Below are positions 36,881 to 51,000 of a stretch of 64,000 nt of DNA, in pieces. Position 1 is the stretch's first letter. Each line of letters starts with the position of its first letter. A program made the translations under genes and the position numbers. Below the pieces are notes generated by a model, which saw only the letters and a list, made by a program, of their open reading frames with translations, was not told the origin of the DNA and ran no database searches. The stretch is from Tubulanus polymorphus (Eukaryota; Animalia; Nemertea), in the NCBI RefSeq assembly GCF_964204645.1, contig NC_134032.1:6870275-6934274 (forward strand). The letters are read 5' to 3'.

Positions 36881-39800
36881 TATAGCCTTCCTTGGCTATC
36901 ATCAGCTGACATTTCCTTTAATGTTCGATTGGAATAACGCAAGGTGGATATGTCGCCTCTCGAACATCGGTCCACCAGAAACCAGTTTCCTCGTCCAGTC
37001 GCGGCCTGCTGAGGCAGGTGATTAAGGCCAATTCCTTTTAAAATGAATAAATATGTAAAATTGTTTTTTCTTTAATAGAATACATCAATGTTTTATAGAA
37101 TGTTAGATGGAAATGGAAGGGAACGCGTACCTGCTCTTGGCACCTGAAGAGACCATCTATCTTCGATATGTACGTATAGCGTATATCATTTTCATCGAAT
37201 ACTACTTCGTTTCTACGATATTGATGTTCATCTTCACGAAATTCTACTTGCACATATGAGCTGCATGATTTGCTTCCTATATTTTCTTCGTAACTGAAAT
37301 ATTTTTCCTTAGATCAATAATATAACTAAATTACAGTTTTTAAGTAGTTGTTTTAAAATGCTTAATTACCTTGCAGTTCTAAAATGGTATAACATCTCAA
37401 TATCGTGATCTGGTATGGTGGCCATATTAAAAGCTTCGATGGCCTCGATATTATTTTCACTGTAATAAAAAGCTATAAAGTTATATCTTATTAATGCAGT
37501 TACTTTTTTCAAATTTAAGGGCTACCCTAATTTTCAAATTTTAGGATTTTTAGATTTGTATTTTTAAATTTCTCTAATATCTACCCTTCGAAGTATTCCA
37601 TTATTGCTTGTCGTATCTGATTTTCTGGGATGACTAAAGTCGATTTCCCATGAAGATAATCCTGTATATTCCTCGCTCTATAATCTCTATAGGTGATGTT
37701 TGCTTGCATCTGTTGTTGATGTTGTATTTCCTGGTTAAGAATATATGCAAATACAAACATTAGGCCTAACATGCTAAGATTAGTGTGTTGACATCTAATC
37801 CATTACTTACATTAGGTAATAGTAATTGAAGCGGTAAAGGCAGATTTTCATTTCCCATATGTCTTGCGGAATTGTATAGAAGAATTGCCTAGAGAAATAT
37901 ATCATCCTTTACTGTCATTTACTGTAATCATTTTTCTGGCTTGAAAATATTTACAAACATTTATCTGAACAAATACCCTGTGTTTTTTTATGAGACTTTT
38001 CTCAACTTTCATATTTGCTGTATTGATTGATTTTAGACGATGAATTGTGGATTCCATTGGAAACATGTCTACGGCGTGGGCTGTTCCAAAACTTCTGATG
38101 GTATGAATAATGTGGTGATGTAGGTGAAAATGAGCTGTTAACAGAGAAGCAGGTAGACATTTTTCCATCTCTACTAAAGTTGAACTAAGTTCTACTGCAA
38201 TTGTATCCCATTCCGCATTTGTATTTGATGCATATATCTCTGAAAAGTTAAGAACAAATCTTTTTTGTACAACAGTCGATTCACTGTACTCGTTTACCAG
38301 CAATTATTATTTATACCTACTTTCAATGATTTTACAGTATTTGAAGATGGTCGACCTCTGCGAGTTACCCAGCATCCCTCTGAGACAATAAATAAATGGA
38401 CCATTTTTAGCTGCCTGTGGAAGGAAAAAGGGAAATTGATAGATTGTTGAGCATTTCAAAAACCAATTCCTAAGTCAGCATGGTGTCCCTAGACCCCTAG
38501 TTAAAATCATGATCAAGCTAATCGTAGCAGACCTGGCAGTTATCAAATTGTAACGAATACTTCTTCAAGCAAATTTAAACAGTTAACATCATTGTATGAA
38601 GGCATCTTTTACCTCGATGTAATCATACGATTTTGTTTGACTAGTTTCTGTGAAGATGTTGTTGTTCTGTCGATGGGAACATCCTAGTGGCGCTTTTATG
38701 CCGTCCCATCTCTCTTGAATGATATTCTTTTCCCTGACAGTTAAGTTCCAATTAGTCAGTGGGATGTCTTCGTCTATTAACTGAATTGAATATGAGTGTA
38801 TAGATCAATAGAATACATCATATTTTGAAATTTAAAAAAAAAGTGTCAGTTAACCTTTTAATTTGATGATTTTTGCAGAATCTTGGGAGGCTGATGCGTA
38901 CTCCATGTAATTAAAAAACAGGCCTTAGATATACAAACCCAACATTGTTCATTCCTTCCAATTATTTCTTCATACTGACGTACACGAGCACCATCTCTCA
39001 CTTCCGTTTTATTCAGTATTTCTATGAGTTTTTTTAGTAAGCCACTTATCGTATGCATTGGGTCGATTACGATATCAGTGAAGGTGTTGAATTCTTGTAT
39101 ATTAAACAGTATCGATTTATCCCTGAGGCCATTCTCTTGTATCACAATTCCTAAAATGTCAACACAGAACTATGATCAATCTACATGCGTATTATATTTT
39201 GCTCATTTTGTAAATTGCAATATACATTTAATTGGTAATCAGTTGATTTCTATAGTCAGGTCTGTTATGGTTAGCATGATTAGGATTTTTTTGTGGATAC
39301 AGTAGAATCCTTTTGATTCGGGTCAATTGGGATCAACAAAATTCATGTGGTTTACCATCATTTATTCTATTGGCGCTCCTGAGCAGTAGATCATGTGATT
39401 TGGAATCAAATGGTTGGCGATTTTCAACGTCATTTGTTGTTGAGATACCATTGTCGTTCAAAAATGGTCCTGGTCTACGATTAGGATGGTCATTAGGTAA
39501 ATATCTGAAATGTGGGTGTACATATCAGGGGCCGGTTGCTCAAAGGTTGGTTACGATAACCGGTTGATAAGTTACCGGTTGATAAGTTCTTAACTAACAG
39601 TTAATCTTGAGCAACCAGCCCCTGACATTTATCTTCGAGGCCATTTAATTCATATGAAAATATGTATGTATTTGAGAACTTATTCTTGCCTTCGATTTTG
39701 ATGGTAAATCATACGATTCAATGGTTGGGGTCGTATTGCTGGATGAATACATTTTATACATCCATTATATCCTGCTGCTGTTTGATGGTTTAAGGTCAAA

Positions 39801-42357
39801 CAGTGGCTTTCGTAGTCACCTTTCATCATTATCAGTTTACCCTAGAAACAGTGATTCATATACCAGAATTATCTAAAATATTGACCGATTAGAATGTGGC
39901 GAATCTTTGAATTGGGACCCCAAGCTATCGTGACAAGTCCCTGTAGGGCTATTGCGTTTACTTTTCATCTGTTGGGGAACTTACCTTTAATTGAAAGATC
40001 TCCCCATTTCTCCCGTCGATAGCGTCGATGCCATTGTTAAGACGATTTAATTCGGCCACAAGAGGTTCAAGAAAACCATTGATTGATCGTTTGTTTTTGG
40101 ATGGTATGATGCCGTATACGAAAGTATTTTCGTACAATTTGCTTTCCGATAGCCTGAAATTTGAAAAATATTGAGAAATGAATTACACACTCTGAACGAG
40201 AATAGTTCATTACTAGATCTATGAAACTTCGCAACTCCTAATTTAATCCACTTTGAACTTATATATATATTCACCTTAGATTCAGGAAATTGATCAAAAT
40301 TGGCCATATAGAATGTTTTTTCTTATGGAAGACATTTGTCCCATCTAGAGTCAAGGAGAGGGATATTCCTCGTCTATCTCCGACAAAAAAACCATTTTCA
40401 GAATACAATTCTGTCCATTTTTCTGTTTCATGAAGATTGAATATTCTGAAAGGTGATAAGAAAAAGAAATCTCACATATTAACATTAAGTAATGAAATTA
40501 CAGCTTAAATTAGGCTTCACTTCCTATTGACCTTTCGCCATCATTTTGTCGTGCATACTGCGTCGCTCTTTCTCCCATATTGAAATATCTGAACTGCCCT
40601 GCAATTCAATTTACGTAGCTAGATTAGAAACATAGTAAATTCAATAGGCTATTGTGTAGCTATACACAATAAAATCCCTGCTCAATGCTCAATAGCGATC
40701 TCATTTTTAGCATACCTTTTAGATAAGGGATCAAAGGCATCCATGTAAAATCAACGGTTTCCTCTGAACCGCATTTTTGACAATTTTGTCTGTCTCTATT
40801 TTCATACCAATACATCGTGCATCCGTTTACACAAACTTTCTCTTTGCGAAATTTACCAAATATTTGCCTCTCTATGGTTTCAAGCTGTTTCACTGTTGTT
40901 GGCGTAATGTTTGGTTGCGGTAAGATGTGATGAATAAAATACAGTAATTTATTCATTGCAGTTTTTGACATTTTCTGTCCTTTTGCGTGAAAAGAAGATA
41001 CCATTCCGACAAACTGTATTAATTTTACATCGGAACCTTCGTAAATCATTTGTTCAAATCTTTCATGCTGTCCATAATCCCCTTCATCATTATCACCATC
41101 TTCTACATCATCCCAATCATCACCGTCGTCTCCATCTCCACCATCATCACCGTCATCTCCATCTCCACCATCATCACCGTCATCTCCACCATCATCACCG
41201 TCGTCTCCATCTCCACCATCATCTCCACCATCACCGTCCTCTCCATCTCCACCATCATCTCCATCATCACCGTCCTCTCCATCTCCGCCATCATCTCCAT
41301 CATCACCGTCATCACTGGCATGATCACCATCTCCACCATCATCATTTACATTATCGTCATTGTATCCGTCATAATTCTTGTTGTGCTGATCTTCGTGAAT
41401 CTGTTCAAGAATGATAAGCTTAATGCTTCATAAATAATCAAAAATTCATATACATGTAGTCTTTATATAGTTTTGATATGATTACATACTACAGCATTTG
41501 TACCCCCCCCCCTGCCACTAATGATATGACGCAATATCAGGGTTCTTTTGATTGAATTCATAATATATTGAGTTTTGAGGTCATTGGTTTCAGTGGTATA
41601 CGGAAAAAATGTCCCCAGAAAAAATGTCCCAGTCTATCATTACTAACTTGGTAAATGTAGTTAATTTCACATCATAATAACACCAGAAAACAAACTTGGT
41701 ATTATATTTTAATTAAAATTTTAACATTTGATAACAAATAATGGCTCTACTTTGCGATTAATTATTTGTATTATAAATTTAGAATCTTACATTTGACTTA
41801 TTATTTGAAGTAACTGTGCATTCACTTAATAACTTTTCATAATTTTCTCCATTAATGATATGTAATTAAGTAACTGCACATTCAATTCAATAGTAAAATC
41901 TCCTTAAATTTGAAACTAGGGAGCGTTGAATATTGAATTGTTAGATTGTTGAGCATTTTTAACCACATCCCAAGTGGGTATGATGTCTCTGGTTTCCTAG
42001 ACCTAACTCAGTTTCGTTTTACGTGCATTAAAATGTTAGATAAATGAACTATGTATTTACTTGAAGGTCTGCAATATTACATGTAGTTGAATTTTCAGAA
42101 CTCTCATTGTACTCGCATGTCACGTCTAACTGTAATGTGCAATACATAATTTAAGTTATATCATATCATAACTCCTAAAGTCCAGAGAACTACAGTCAGA
42201 AATGCTAAGAAAATGTTCTCGCATCAATACATACCTTTACATTCTTGATTCGTGCTTCCTGGTCATCGAACATGTACTTTCGCTTATGTCTATACCGGGT
42301 GACACGATTGACATATTTTCCTTTGCACTTCTGGCACGGGCAATAAACCGTCGACAT
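36881..42357 (-). CDS. CACTA-1 TnpD-like (Transposase_21) DDE transposase, multi-exon
   Basis: Exons MSTVYCPCQKC; D/G-rich tract; KVCVNGC..CQKCG; LSLTLDGTN..SIWP; FLEPLVAEL; GDYES..GCIKC; IDPMH; HLHHHI..FG..DMFPMES; short GT-AG introns. The exons I checked are in frame; not all were checked. Confidence 0.85.
39528..39622. mobile_element. Small PIF/Harbinger-like MITE in a transposase intron
   Basis: GGGGCCGGTTGCTCAA ... TTGAGCAACCAGCCCC TIRs; flanks TCA/TGA. Confidence 0.65.
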
Positions 42358-42755
42358 TGCTAAATTGAAAAAGAAATTATGAATACTCTGTGTCCACTGA
42401 TTTTGTTAATTTTTGGCGAACCGTAGGTTTGCCTATGCAAACGGTCTTGTGAAACAGTTTTCATTGAAAATGAATAGAGTACCGGTGTGTCAACAAGGCA
42501 TAAACATTGGCCATTGAATCAATAGTGTTGATTTTTGGTGTCATGGTTTAGCTTAATGAGTTCTCGAGCCCACAAAAAATTCATTGTGATCGAGTTATTT
42601 TTAAGGGACTTATTCTTGAAAAACACGTAAAAACCCTGCTTTTTAGCACTAAGTAATGTCACGTTTTTACGTATGACAATTATATATAACGAGAGAAATC
42701 CCACAATAAGTAGTGCCAAAACGAGAAACTTGAATAGAAGAGTTATATATATTTG

Positions 42756-42795
42756 CGCAACGTTTCGGCTAAAGACTATTAGCCATCATCAGGCG
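42756..42795 (-). ncRNA. Minimal type I hammerhead ribozyme (Penelope-like element type)
   Basis: Minus strand CGC-CTGATGA-T-GGCTAA-tagtct-TTAGCC-GAA-ACGT-T-GCG: CUGANGA and GAAA cores, stem II, 3-bp stem I, palindromic ACGT stem III and GUU cleavage triplet. Confidence 0.75.
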
Positions 42796-43223
42796 TTCTC
42801 AGTACTCGTCTCAACAATCGCCTTTTTTTATGAACCGTGGTGCTCTACTCTATATTCAATTTTCAGGTTCGAATCCCTGCTGCAGAGGGAGGATGTGTTA
42901 GATGGCGAACACCGGGGGAGATGCATCTAACAGTAAAGTATACGCAGCCTCTCAGAATGGCACTGGGGGCTGATGCATAGTTTACAAGGTTCAGTTACCT
43001 GAACTGAACGTTCGTCAGAAATAAAGAGTAAGACAAGAAAGAAACGATTGAGAGTTTCATGTGTACGTGTACATTCAATTTAGAACTTTATTTTTGACGT
43101 GGAAATATTAAACATCAATACATATCAATACATATAAGTTATTTTATTTACACAAACTCGAGAAATCGTAGAATATGGTCAGTAGTAGACCATTTTGGTC
43201 TAAATCCGGCTTGTGATTCACTA

Positions 43224-43723
43224 CTGTCTGTCACACCTACTCTCCGTGCGACGTTTTGGTCCGTAATTTCGTTAATAATCGGTTTATCTACCTTTATTAT
43301 GCATCAATTTGTTCAGTGAGGAATTTGCATTCAGAAATAAACAACAATTTTCACTTAATTGGTTTTTGTTTTCATTTATGAGCGATAGTTTACTCAGCAT
43401 ACGCTCGCGTAATGCTGAAAAATCCGCTCCGCGGACGCTCGGAAACGTTACAGTGACGTCATCACCTGCTCATTAGCATATCAAAATAAAGTAGGTGGCG
43501 CCACGTGACGGGCCATAAAAGCCGTTTTTCAGCATTACGCGAGCGTATGCTAGGTAAACTATCGCTGATAGAAGAAAACACAAACAAATTTCTGCCAGTT
43601 CATGATTTATTTCTGAATGCAAATTCCTTACTGAACAAATTGATGCATAATATTTACAGATCAACCGATTATTAACGAAATTACGGACCAAAACGTCGCA
43701 CGAAGAGCATGTGTGACAGACAG
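43224..43723. mobile_element. Palindromic MITE with TA TSD (Tc1/mariner-type)
   Basis: TA|CTGTCTGTCACAC ... GTGTGACAGACAG|TA, with inverted arms of about 200 bp. Confidence 0.8.
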
Positions 43724-45721
43724 TAGTTATATTGTTTGTAGATTTGGGAATAAACACAGGTCGTGGTCACGGACGGACGTATTTTCGGCACGCTCCGGTA
43801 CAGCGCGATTAACGATATCGATGTGAAGCAACGAGGTTAGTTAGAAACTTTTGTAAGACGATATAGTTTGTAGAGCCTCTGTTGGTGCTGCCATCTATAA
43901 TTTAGTTTCGAAATTATTGTATCCGAAATTTCGCTTATCTTAACAAAAAGATATGTATACAGTAATAAATCAGCGTCGGGAGTTTGTCGTCGTTATTTTG
44001 TTAATCGTTTGGAGGTTATGAAATTTGCTCTTCGTATCGCGCTTTTGTTTTATCGCATCCACCACACCTTCGACGCCGTTTTCACTCATGTGCACTCACG
44101 CACACCGATCAGTTTGGTCTGTAAATAAATCATTTAAAGAAAACATTACTCACGTTACTCTTCGTGTTTGTTTCTATATTTCTTTTGTCTAAGAGGAGAT
44201 ATTTGTAGGACTTATGGTTGAAAATCGTGATTGGAAATGGAATTTGAACATTATTATATAACTACGTGTACTGTTGCTACCATGGTGATAAAAACCGACG
44301 ATCTTCCGACGATTTCAATTCTGTCGGAAAATCGTCGTTAATCCTATCCGTCGTTAATTAGTCTGTAAATAACCGCTAGATAACCGACGATATTAATCTG
44401 ACAATTTACCGCTTAATTTCCGTCGATTTACCGACATTTAATCTACCAAATAACCGCTCATTTACCGCAAGGGCCAATAGTGGATTTTGACCAAATTTCA
44501 AGTGAAAGGGCCGATTTTTCAGGAATAGACCGCATATGCACGGGAAAATCAGCGTGAAATTTCGGTTATGGCCGAACAGTTTTTTACAGTGTAGGCATCA
44601 GACCACAATTAGGTTAGTAGCTCGAAGATGCGTAGGGCCGGACCCCAAAAATAGTACCTAAAGTGAACGGGTCCCCCATAAATGTTGCCATAATTTCTGC
44701 AAATGGGATAGGTACACTATTGGCCGATTTTGGCCGTCGGTAAATGAGCGGTTCTCTTAATCGGTTATTGAGCGGTTTTCCGGTGGTAAATCGTCGGTAA
44801 ATGAGTGATTTTGTTGTCGGAAAATTGTCGGAAAACTGTCCACCTTTCCGACAATTAACCGACGCTTCACGGAGTCGAAAGATCGTCGGTTATTCGTCGA
44901 TAAGCGCAACCGTCATATTTCCGACAGTTTTCGACGCTCCACATCGGTGACGTCATTAAATAGATTTCTACCGGGTAACGCTCCTTTCGCACCCGGAACT
45001 ACGTTACTGCGTGGTGAACTAGGTCATCGCGTATATACACACACCAGTTCGACTTAATACACGGATTTTCATTAGACACATACGCAAGGCTCATGAGCTC
45101 GTTTTTACTGCAATAACAGCTGCTCTTCAACAGTTCAAGGCATTAATATTCAATAAATTTCTCCGCGTTTGGTAAGTACCGGCATGAAATATTTGTTTTG
45201 TGAATGTTTCATGTCACTAGGCTATGTAAGTTTTTTTGCTGGCGGATTTTTTAGCCGTTAGCCGAGCGTACTACGTGCACGACGTAGTCGTAGAGTTCAT
45301 CAGTTAGAGGCCTATGATGGCCTAGTTTTATCGTGGTGGATCCACTACGTAGAAAATGATACTATGACCTGATGACTGGTAGATTATATGTATGGTGACC
45401 TCAGGCCAAGTTGACCATTTGTTGGCATGGGCATGGAATATGCTTTATTACTGCTTTGCTCAAGTACTGCTAGGCAAATAGTTTTTTTTCGAATTTTTTT
45501 TTCAATCCCCCGACACGTGTTACTCAAACTGTCAATGTATTGGAAAACCCAAAAGACGTCACTTTGTAGTGATGAGAAATGATTTGGAAATAGCTACATA
45601 CACCCAAAGAAGCTAAAAGGTAAGCATAACTTCAATAAATATAACATTTTATATTTAATCATTCAAAAGTATAAAATTATGAATTTAATAACGAAACAAG
45701 TATACTAGTAGGTATTTGAAA

Positions 45722-46932
45722 TTAATTTAATAATAATTTGAAATTGTTTGTAACGATAACTGTAACGCCTTTTTTCCATTTGGGTCGTATCAATTTGCCA
45801 AGATTTGTCATACATTTTATAACCACCAGATAGTTTCCATCTGAATAGAAATGTGACATTTCAGTTATAGAGTCTTTTTTTTATAAGATGTTTTGTGCAA
45901 AAATAATAAAGCTTACCTTCTTTCTGTTTTTTCAATACGCATTGCCCAATTACATTATCCTCCGGGCAAGTTATGTCGAAAGTCTTTTCTGTTGATTGTT
46001 GTTGCTTCTTCTTTCTAAGATTATTGAAATTAGAAGAAAATGATATATCGTATATGTTCCCGGAGATGACTTTTGATGTGCATTCATCTGGGAAGATACT
46101 TAACTCAGTGATGAATACATCTTAGTGAAATTAAATTTTTTTAAAGCCAATGCTGTTTTTTTTTTAATGATTGAAGTTCTATACAAATTTAGACTACCGT
46201 AATGACGTAAACTATATTTTATAGCCAACATCCTTTTCTTGTAATTTGCTCTTATCTGTGTATTGTATTCAACTTAGCTTCTTCAAACCTGTACATACCT
46301 TGCTTCTGTATCTCTTCTGTTCTTCTTATACGATTTTATTTCTTTATTGATAGTATTTAGACTCATATGAGTGCCAATTTTATTCAATTCTTCTTGTATC
46401 TGCAAAGTAGAATTTCATTCTCTGCTGTAGTGAAAATAAGGATTCTTTATAAATTGCACAAGCAATTTGATAACAATGTATCATTTTCGTCGCTTTCATC
46501 AAGTTTTGTTCAATATTACACACCACTTTTACTAAATCCTAGAGATAAAAAACTACTTTCATTTTTATATTTTCATCAGTAGTAGAATGAGGATTTGAGA
46601 TTAAAATTTTAATCTAACTTTTTACCCTTAATAGTTTTCTTTCTGCCGTCATTGTTGTACCTTTTTCTTTCTTTTTCTTTGTCATCATTAATTCTCCTAC
46701 AGATACGAATAATTTATTATTAAGTTTCCAATTATTATTTATTTTCATACAACTTGAATATACTCAAATACATCTTGTTCAGTTGCTACCTTTGTTTATC
46801 AGGCTCCAATCTGCAAGAAAGAGAAAGCAATTAAAGATTTAACAAAATTTAGTCATGAATTATTGAATATCGATCTCATAAAATTATATGAACGATACCT
46901 TGGTCTGTTAGTCCTATGTCTGCCAATGCCAT
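45722..46932 (-). CDS. CACTA-2 accessory gene, 7 exons, ~165 aa (exon-4 donor appears mutated GT to AT)
   Basis: MALADIGLTDQDWSLINKGELMMTK...TNLGKLIRPKWKKGVTVIVTNNFKLLLN*; same intron phases as 35416-36448. Confidence 0.75.
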
Positions 46933-48053
46933 ATTTTTGTAAAAGTTGTATTTTCCTTGAAAAATAATAGCCTACACTGAAAATTGAATGTTTTGGATCT
47001 CTCATTTCTTATCTTTATTGTGTTTTGTTAAGAAATGCCTTTAAAGGCATTTCTTAACAAAACACAATAATCATAAGAAATGTAGGCCCCTATAAGAAAT
47101 GTATAAGAATTGTATAAGAAACTAAATAGTTTATTTTTACAGAAACAAACGTACCTGGAATTGCAATGTGTCAAATTTGTCTGAGCAGAAGACAATTGCT
47201 TGTAGGTGGCAGCACCTTTCAGCATATATTTTTCAAAAGTCAAATGTTCAAGAACGATTTTTTTATGATCAACAAATTGTTTTTAATTCATTATCTTCTA
47301 TGTTCTATTTTATATTGTTATAAAATCAAATTAAATTCAGATAAAATATAGTAAAGCGATCTAGCTTTTTAGGTAGCATTAGCGGTACATGAAAATCGTA
47401 ACAGCACTCGTCAGCAGCATGCAGTCTGAAGTGAAGTTGGAAGCTACAACCAATCTGTATTCTCAGCCACGTTCGTTCATCTAAAACCCAAAGGTAAGTT
47501 ATCAAATATGATGTTTCAAGGGGCCCATGGATTTAAAATGTCAGCATGACGTGATCCCGTGTGAAAATATTAATTATCTTTAACGTTAGTTATTTATGTT
47601 ACAACAATCATCAACATCCTAAAACTGAATATAATGCACAAAAAATATAAAGTCATCGATAAAACGGTTTCTTAATCAATATTTGATATCTTGACTGCCA
47701 TTAAAAATTCGGATTGCAATGTTAAAGTTTGGAAATTAAGGGATTATTATAGGAACGTGACTGCCTTGTCGGCTATCTAACTAATATTTTGAAAGCTGAG
47801 CTACTACTAGCGCCATCTATCGGACTCCAATTGAAGCTGTTCATTGTTTGCAAATTTTTGAAATAACTGAAAATAATGAAACTGAAAATAATGGATAATC
47901 GAAAAACCTCAAGTTTTCAGGTGACAGTAAACTGATATCTAACTTAGGCTTTAGACTTTCTATCATGTTATACGAAATCAGAATAGAAAGGAAATGAGAT
48001 GAAGATTTTTTTGTTACATAAAATTTTCATACTTGCCTGTGTATTTGTTATAT

Positions 48054-51000
48054 TTATACCAATGATAAAGCCCATATCCTGGGATATTCTTCTGCCGTGA
48101 TGATTTGGCATTTCAGAAGATGTCGCAAGGGTACTAGACATGGATCGTACATGTCTTCTCTTAAGTCACTCCACCAAAAGCCAGTTTCATTATCAATGTG
48201 TGGCCTGCTTAAGCATGCTATTAATGCTAGTTCCTTTAATTGATAGGTAGGCTACTTATTATTAATTTGGATTAAATCATTATTATTTAATTCAAACCGA
48301 TAAAATTCCAGTACACATACCTCCCCATTGCATTTTATAAATTTCAATATTTTTGAAATGTACGTATATTGGACTTGACCCTCAACAATGACTTCATTTC
48401 TATGCCCTCTGTTTTCAGCTTCTTCAAACTCAATTTGTAAGTACGAACTGCATGTTTTTATTCGGTGATTTTCTTCATAGCTGCCATGTACAAAATTTCA
48501 CAGTGCATGTTAACTTATCAAACCAGATGTAAAAATCTCCGAATCATGGTCTGGTAATACGGCCATGTCGTATACTTCGACTGGACCGAAGTTATTGCTG
48601 AAAAAGGAAGAATTAGCGATACACTTTCATATATAATCAGTCATGACTATTTTGTTAATATTGGTAAAGATTTCTTTTTATTTGTTTGTACCCGTCGAAA
48701 TATTGAATCAAAGCCTCTAAAACTTGATGTGCGGGAAGAATGATTTCGGAATACCCATACAGATTTGAATGTATGTTCCTGTGACAATAATTTCTGTATG
48801 TAGTTGAAGTGGTCATTGGCTGGTGGTCATCAACATGCTCGAAATCCTGTTGATTATAAAAAAGAAAGAAAGAGGTTTCATTTCAAAGGGGATCATTTCT
48901 TTAATACTTATTTTCGATTATGATTTCATGTCATTTGGAATCTTACATTGGGTAGCAGTGATCGAAGCGCATTAGGTAGATCGTCCATATTAAGTAAATG
49001 CCTCGCTGAGTTAAACGTGAGTAGTGCCTGAAATAATTGTCATTATCATTTCATGTCCATATTATCTTGAAATATTGAAAACTGATGGCTCTTACCTTAT
49101 GTTTTTTCATCAAACTCTTTTCAACATTTTGCTTTGCAGTATTCATTTGTTTCAGTTTATGGATGCATGACTCGGAGGAAAACATATGAATGGAATGAGC
49201 CGTGCCAAACTTACTAATCGAGTCAATTATGTGGTGATGAAGGTGACAATGAAGGGTGAGTAAAGACGCAGGGTAAAATTTTTCTATGTCAACCAAGATT
49301 GCAGAAATCTGTGTGGTCAGTTCTTGCCATTCGGCATTTGTATTTGAATTGTAGATATCTGAAATAGAATAGAAAGATAGTCATTTTATATTTTCAAATG
49401 TTACATTTTGTGCCTATGATTGACACTTACTTCCTACTAGTTTACAATACTTGAAGAATGTCCTTCTCTGATGCACTCCAAGCATACCTCGCAAACAGAA
49501 AATTAATGGAGAATGAATTGCACCCTAAAATGAAGATGATAAGTATGAAGACACGGTAATATGTTTTTCTCTTTAAAAAAAAGTAATTCTATTTATTTTA
49601 TTGAATATTTACTTCAATGTAGTCGTACGATTTCATGTTGCTACTAGGATCGAATGGATTTCCCTCTGTTCTGAATGAACATCCTAATGGCGCCTTAATA
49701 CATGCCCATCTCCCTTTCATAAGTTCTTTTTCTTGGGCTGATAGGTTCCATTCAGCTGGTGGCAGATTTTCATCGATGAGCTGAAAAAGAATTAATGAAA
49801 TAAGCTTAAGACTCAAGTGCCATGATTATCTTACAGAATAGCACTATATAAACAAATAAATTATTATCATAAGGGATAATTTATTTATTTTATTTTTATT
49901 TATTTATTTTACCTACGCACTAGGGGAGGGGTAACTGTAAATGCGTACTGTAATGCTTAATGTATATTAAAAAAATGGCTTATTTTGTGTACAAGGGGAG
50001 GGGTTTAAACAGTAAAATTTTATGCAATAAATGAATGATCCCTAATTATTAAAAGGAGCTGAAATTAGTTAATGAAAATTTATTGTAGAAAATGTAATAG
50101 TGCTACAAACCCAACATTGTTCATTTTGCAATAGCATTTCTTCGTACTGTCTTACTCTTGCACCATCTCTCACTTCGTTGCCATTGAATGCTTCGATAAA
50201 TTTCTTTATCATACCACTGATGGTATGCATAGGATCCAATGCAATGATAACATTGACATTTGTTTCATCTAAATCAAACAGAATCGACCGCCCTTTGAAG
50301 CCGAGTTCCTGCCTAACTATTCCTAAGATTTCAAATGAACATATTATAACGCATTTTATAAATTTTTCTTTAAGTTGATGGTAATTCTTGATTGATGTAC
50401 CGTTATTAACTCTGTTTGCACTTCTCAACATAATGCCATGGGTTTTTTCTTCAGGCGGATGTCGTACCTCGATATTTCTAGTCGTTGAATTTCCATCATC
50501 GCTGATTAATGGTGCATCTACTTCAATTCGCTGCACATGATTAACTGGTAAGTATCTGATACGAAAATCAGAAGCAATGTTTCTAAGAATATATCTTAAC
50601 ATACAATTGGTATTCAAATGTAGAATTTTTTCTTGCCTCCGATTCTGATGGTAGATCATTCTATTCAACGGTTGTGGGTGAATACCATGTTGGCAACATT
50701 TTATGCACCCATCAAAGCCAGCTGCTGTCTGATGCATCAATGTCAAACAGTGACTCTCGTAATCACCCCGATCATTAACAACTTGCCCTGATTGATAAAA
50801 TATACTTATGGCGAATGCACTACATTTATTTTTAGAGTACATCTTTTTCAAGTCGAGGATAAATAATTTTGACTGGGGTATTCTGATATGAATTATTTAC
50901 CTTTAATTCGAAGTGTTCAAGATTACGACTTCCGTCTATTGTTGGTACGCCTTGCAATAATTCATTGATTTCAGTAATTAATGGCTCTAAAAAGCCGTTT

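Larger units (their letters stand above)
33909..44482 (-). mobile_element. CACTA (En/Spm) element CACTA-1, full length (10.6 kb)
   Basis: GAT|CACTATTGGCC ... GGCCAATAGTG|GAT (TIR plus 3-bp TSD); CGTCGG/CCGACG subterminal repeats; spliced transposase and accessory genes. Confidence 0.95.
30732..44591 (-). mobile_element. Non-autonomous EnSpm-like element with CACTG termini (own sequence 30732-33908 plus 44486-44591), hosting CACTA-1
   Basis: TA|CACTGTAAAAAA ... TTTTTTACAGTG|TA (TIR plus 2-bp TA TSD); CCGT/ACGG-rich subterminal repeats. Confidence 0.85.

Noticed and set aside
40956-41433. His-rich, Ile-rich and Met-rich ORFs (also 52358-52809)
   Set aside because: Alternative frames or strands of the Asp/Gly repeat exon of the CACTA transposases.
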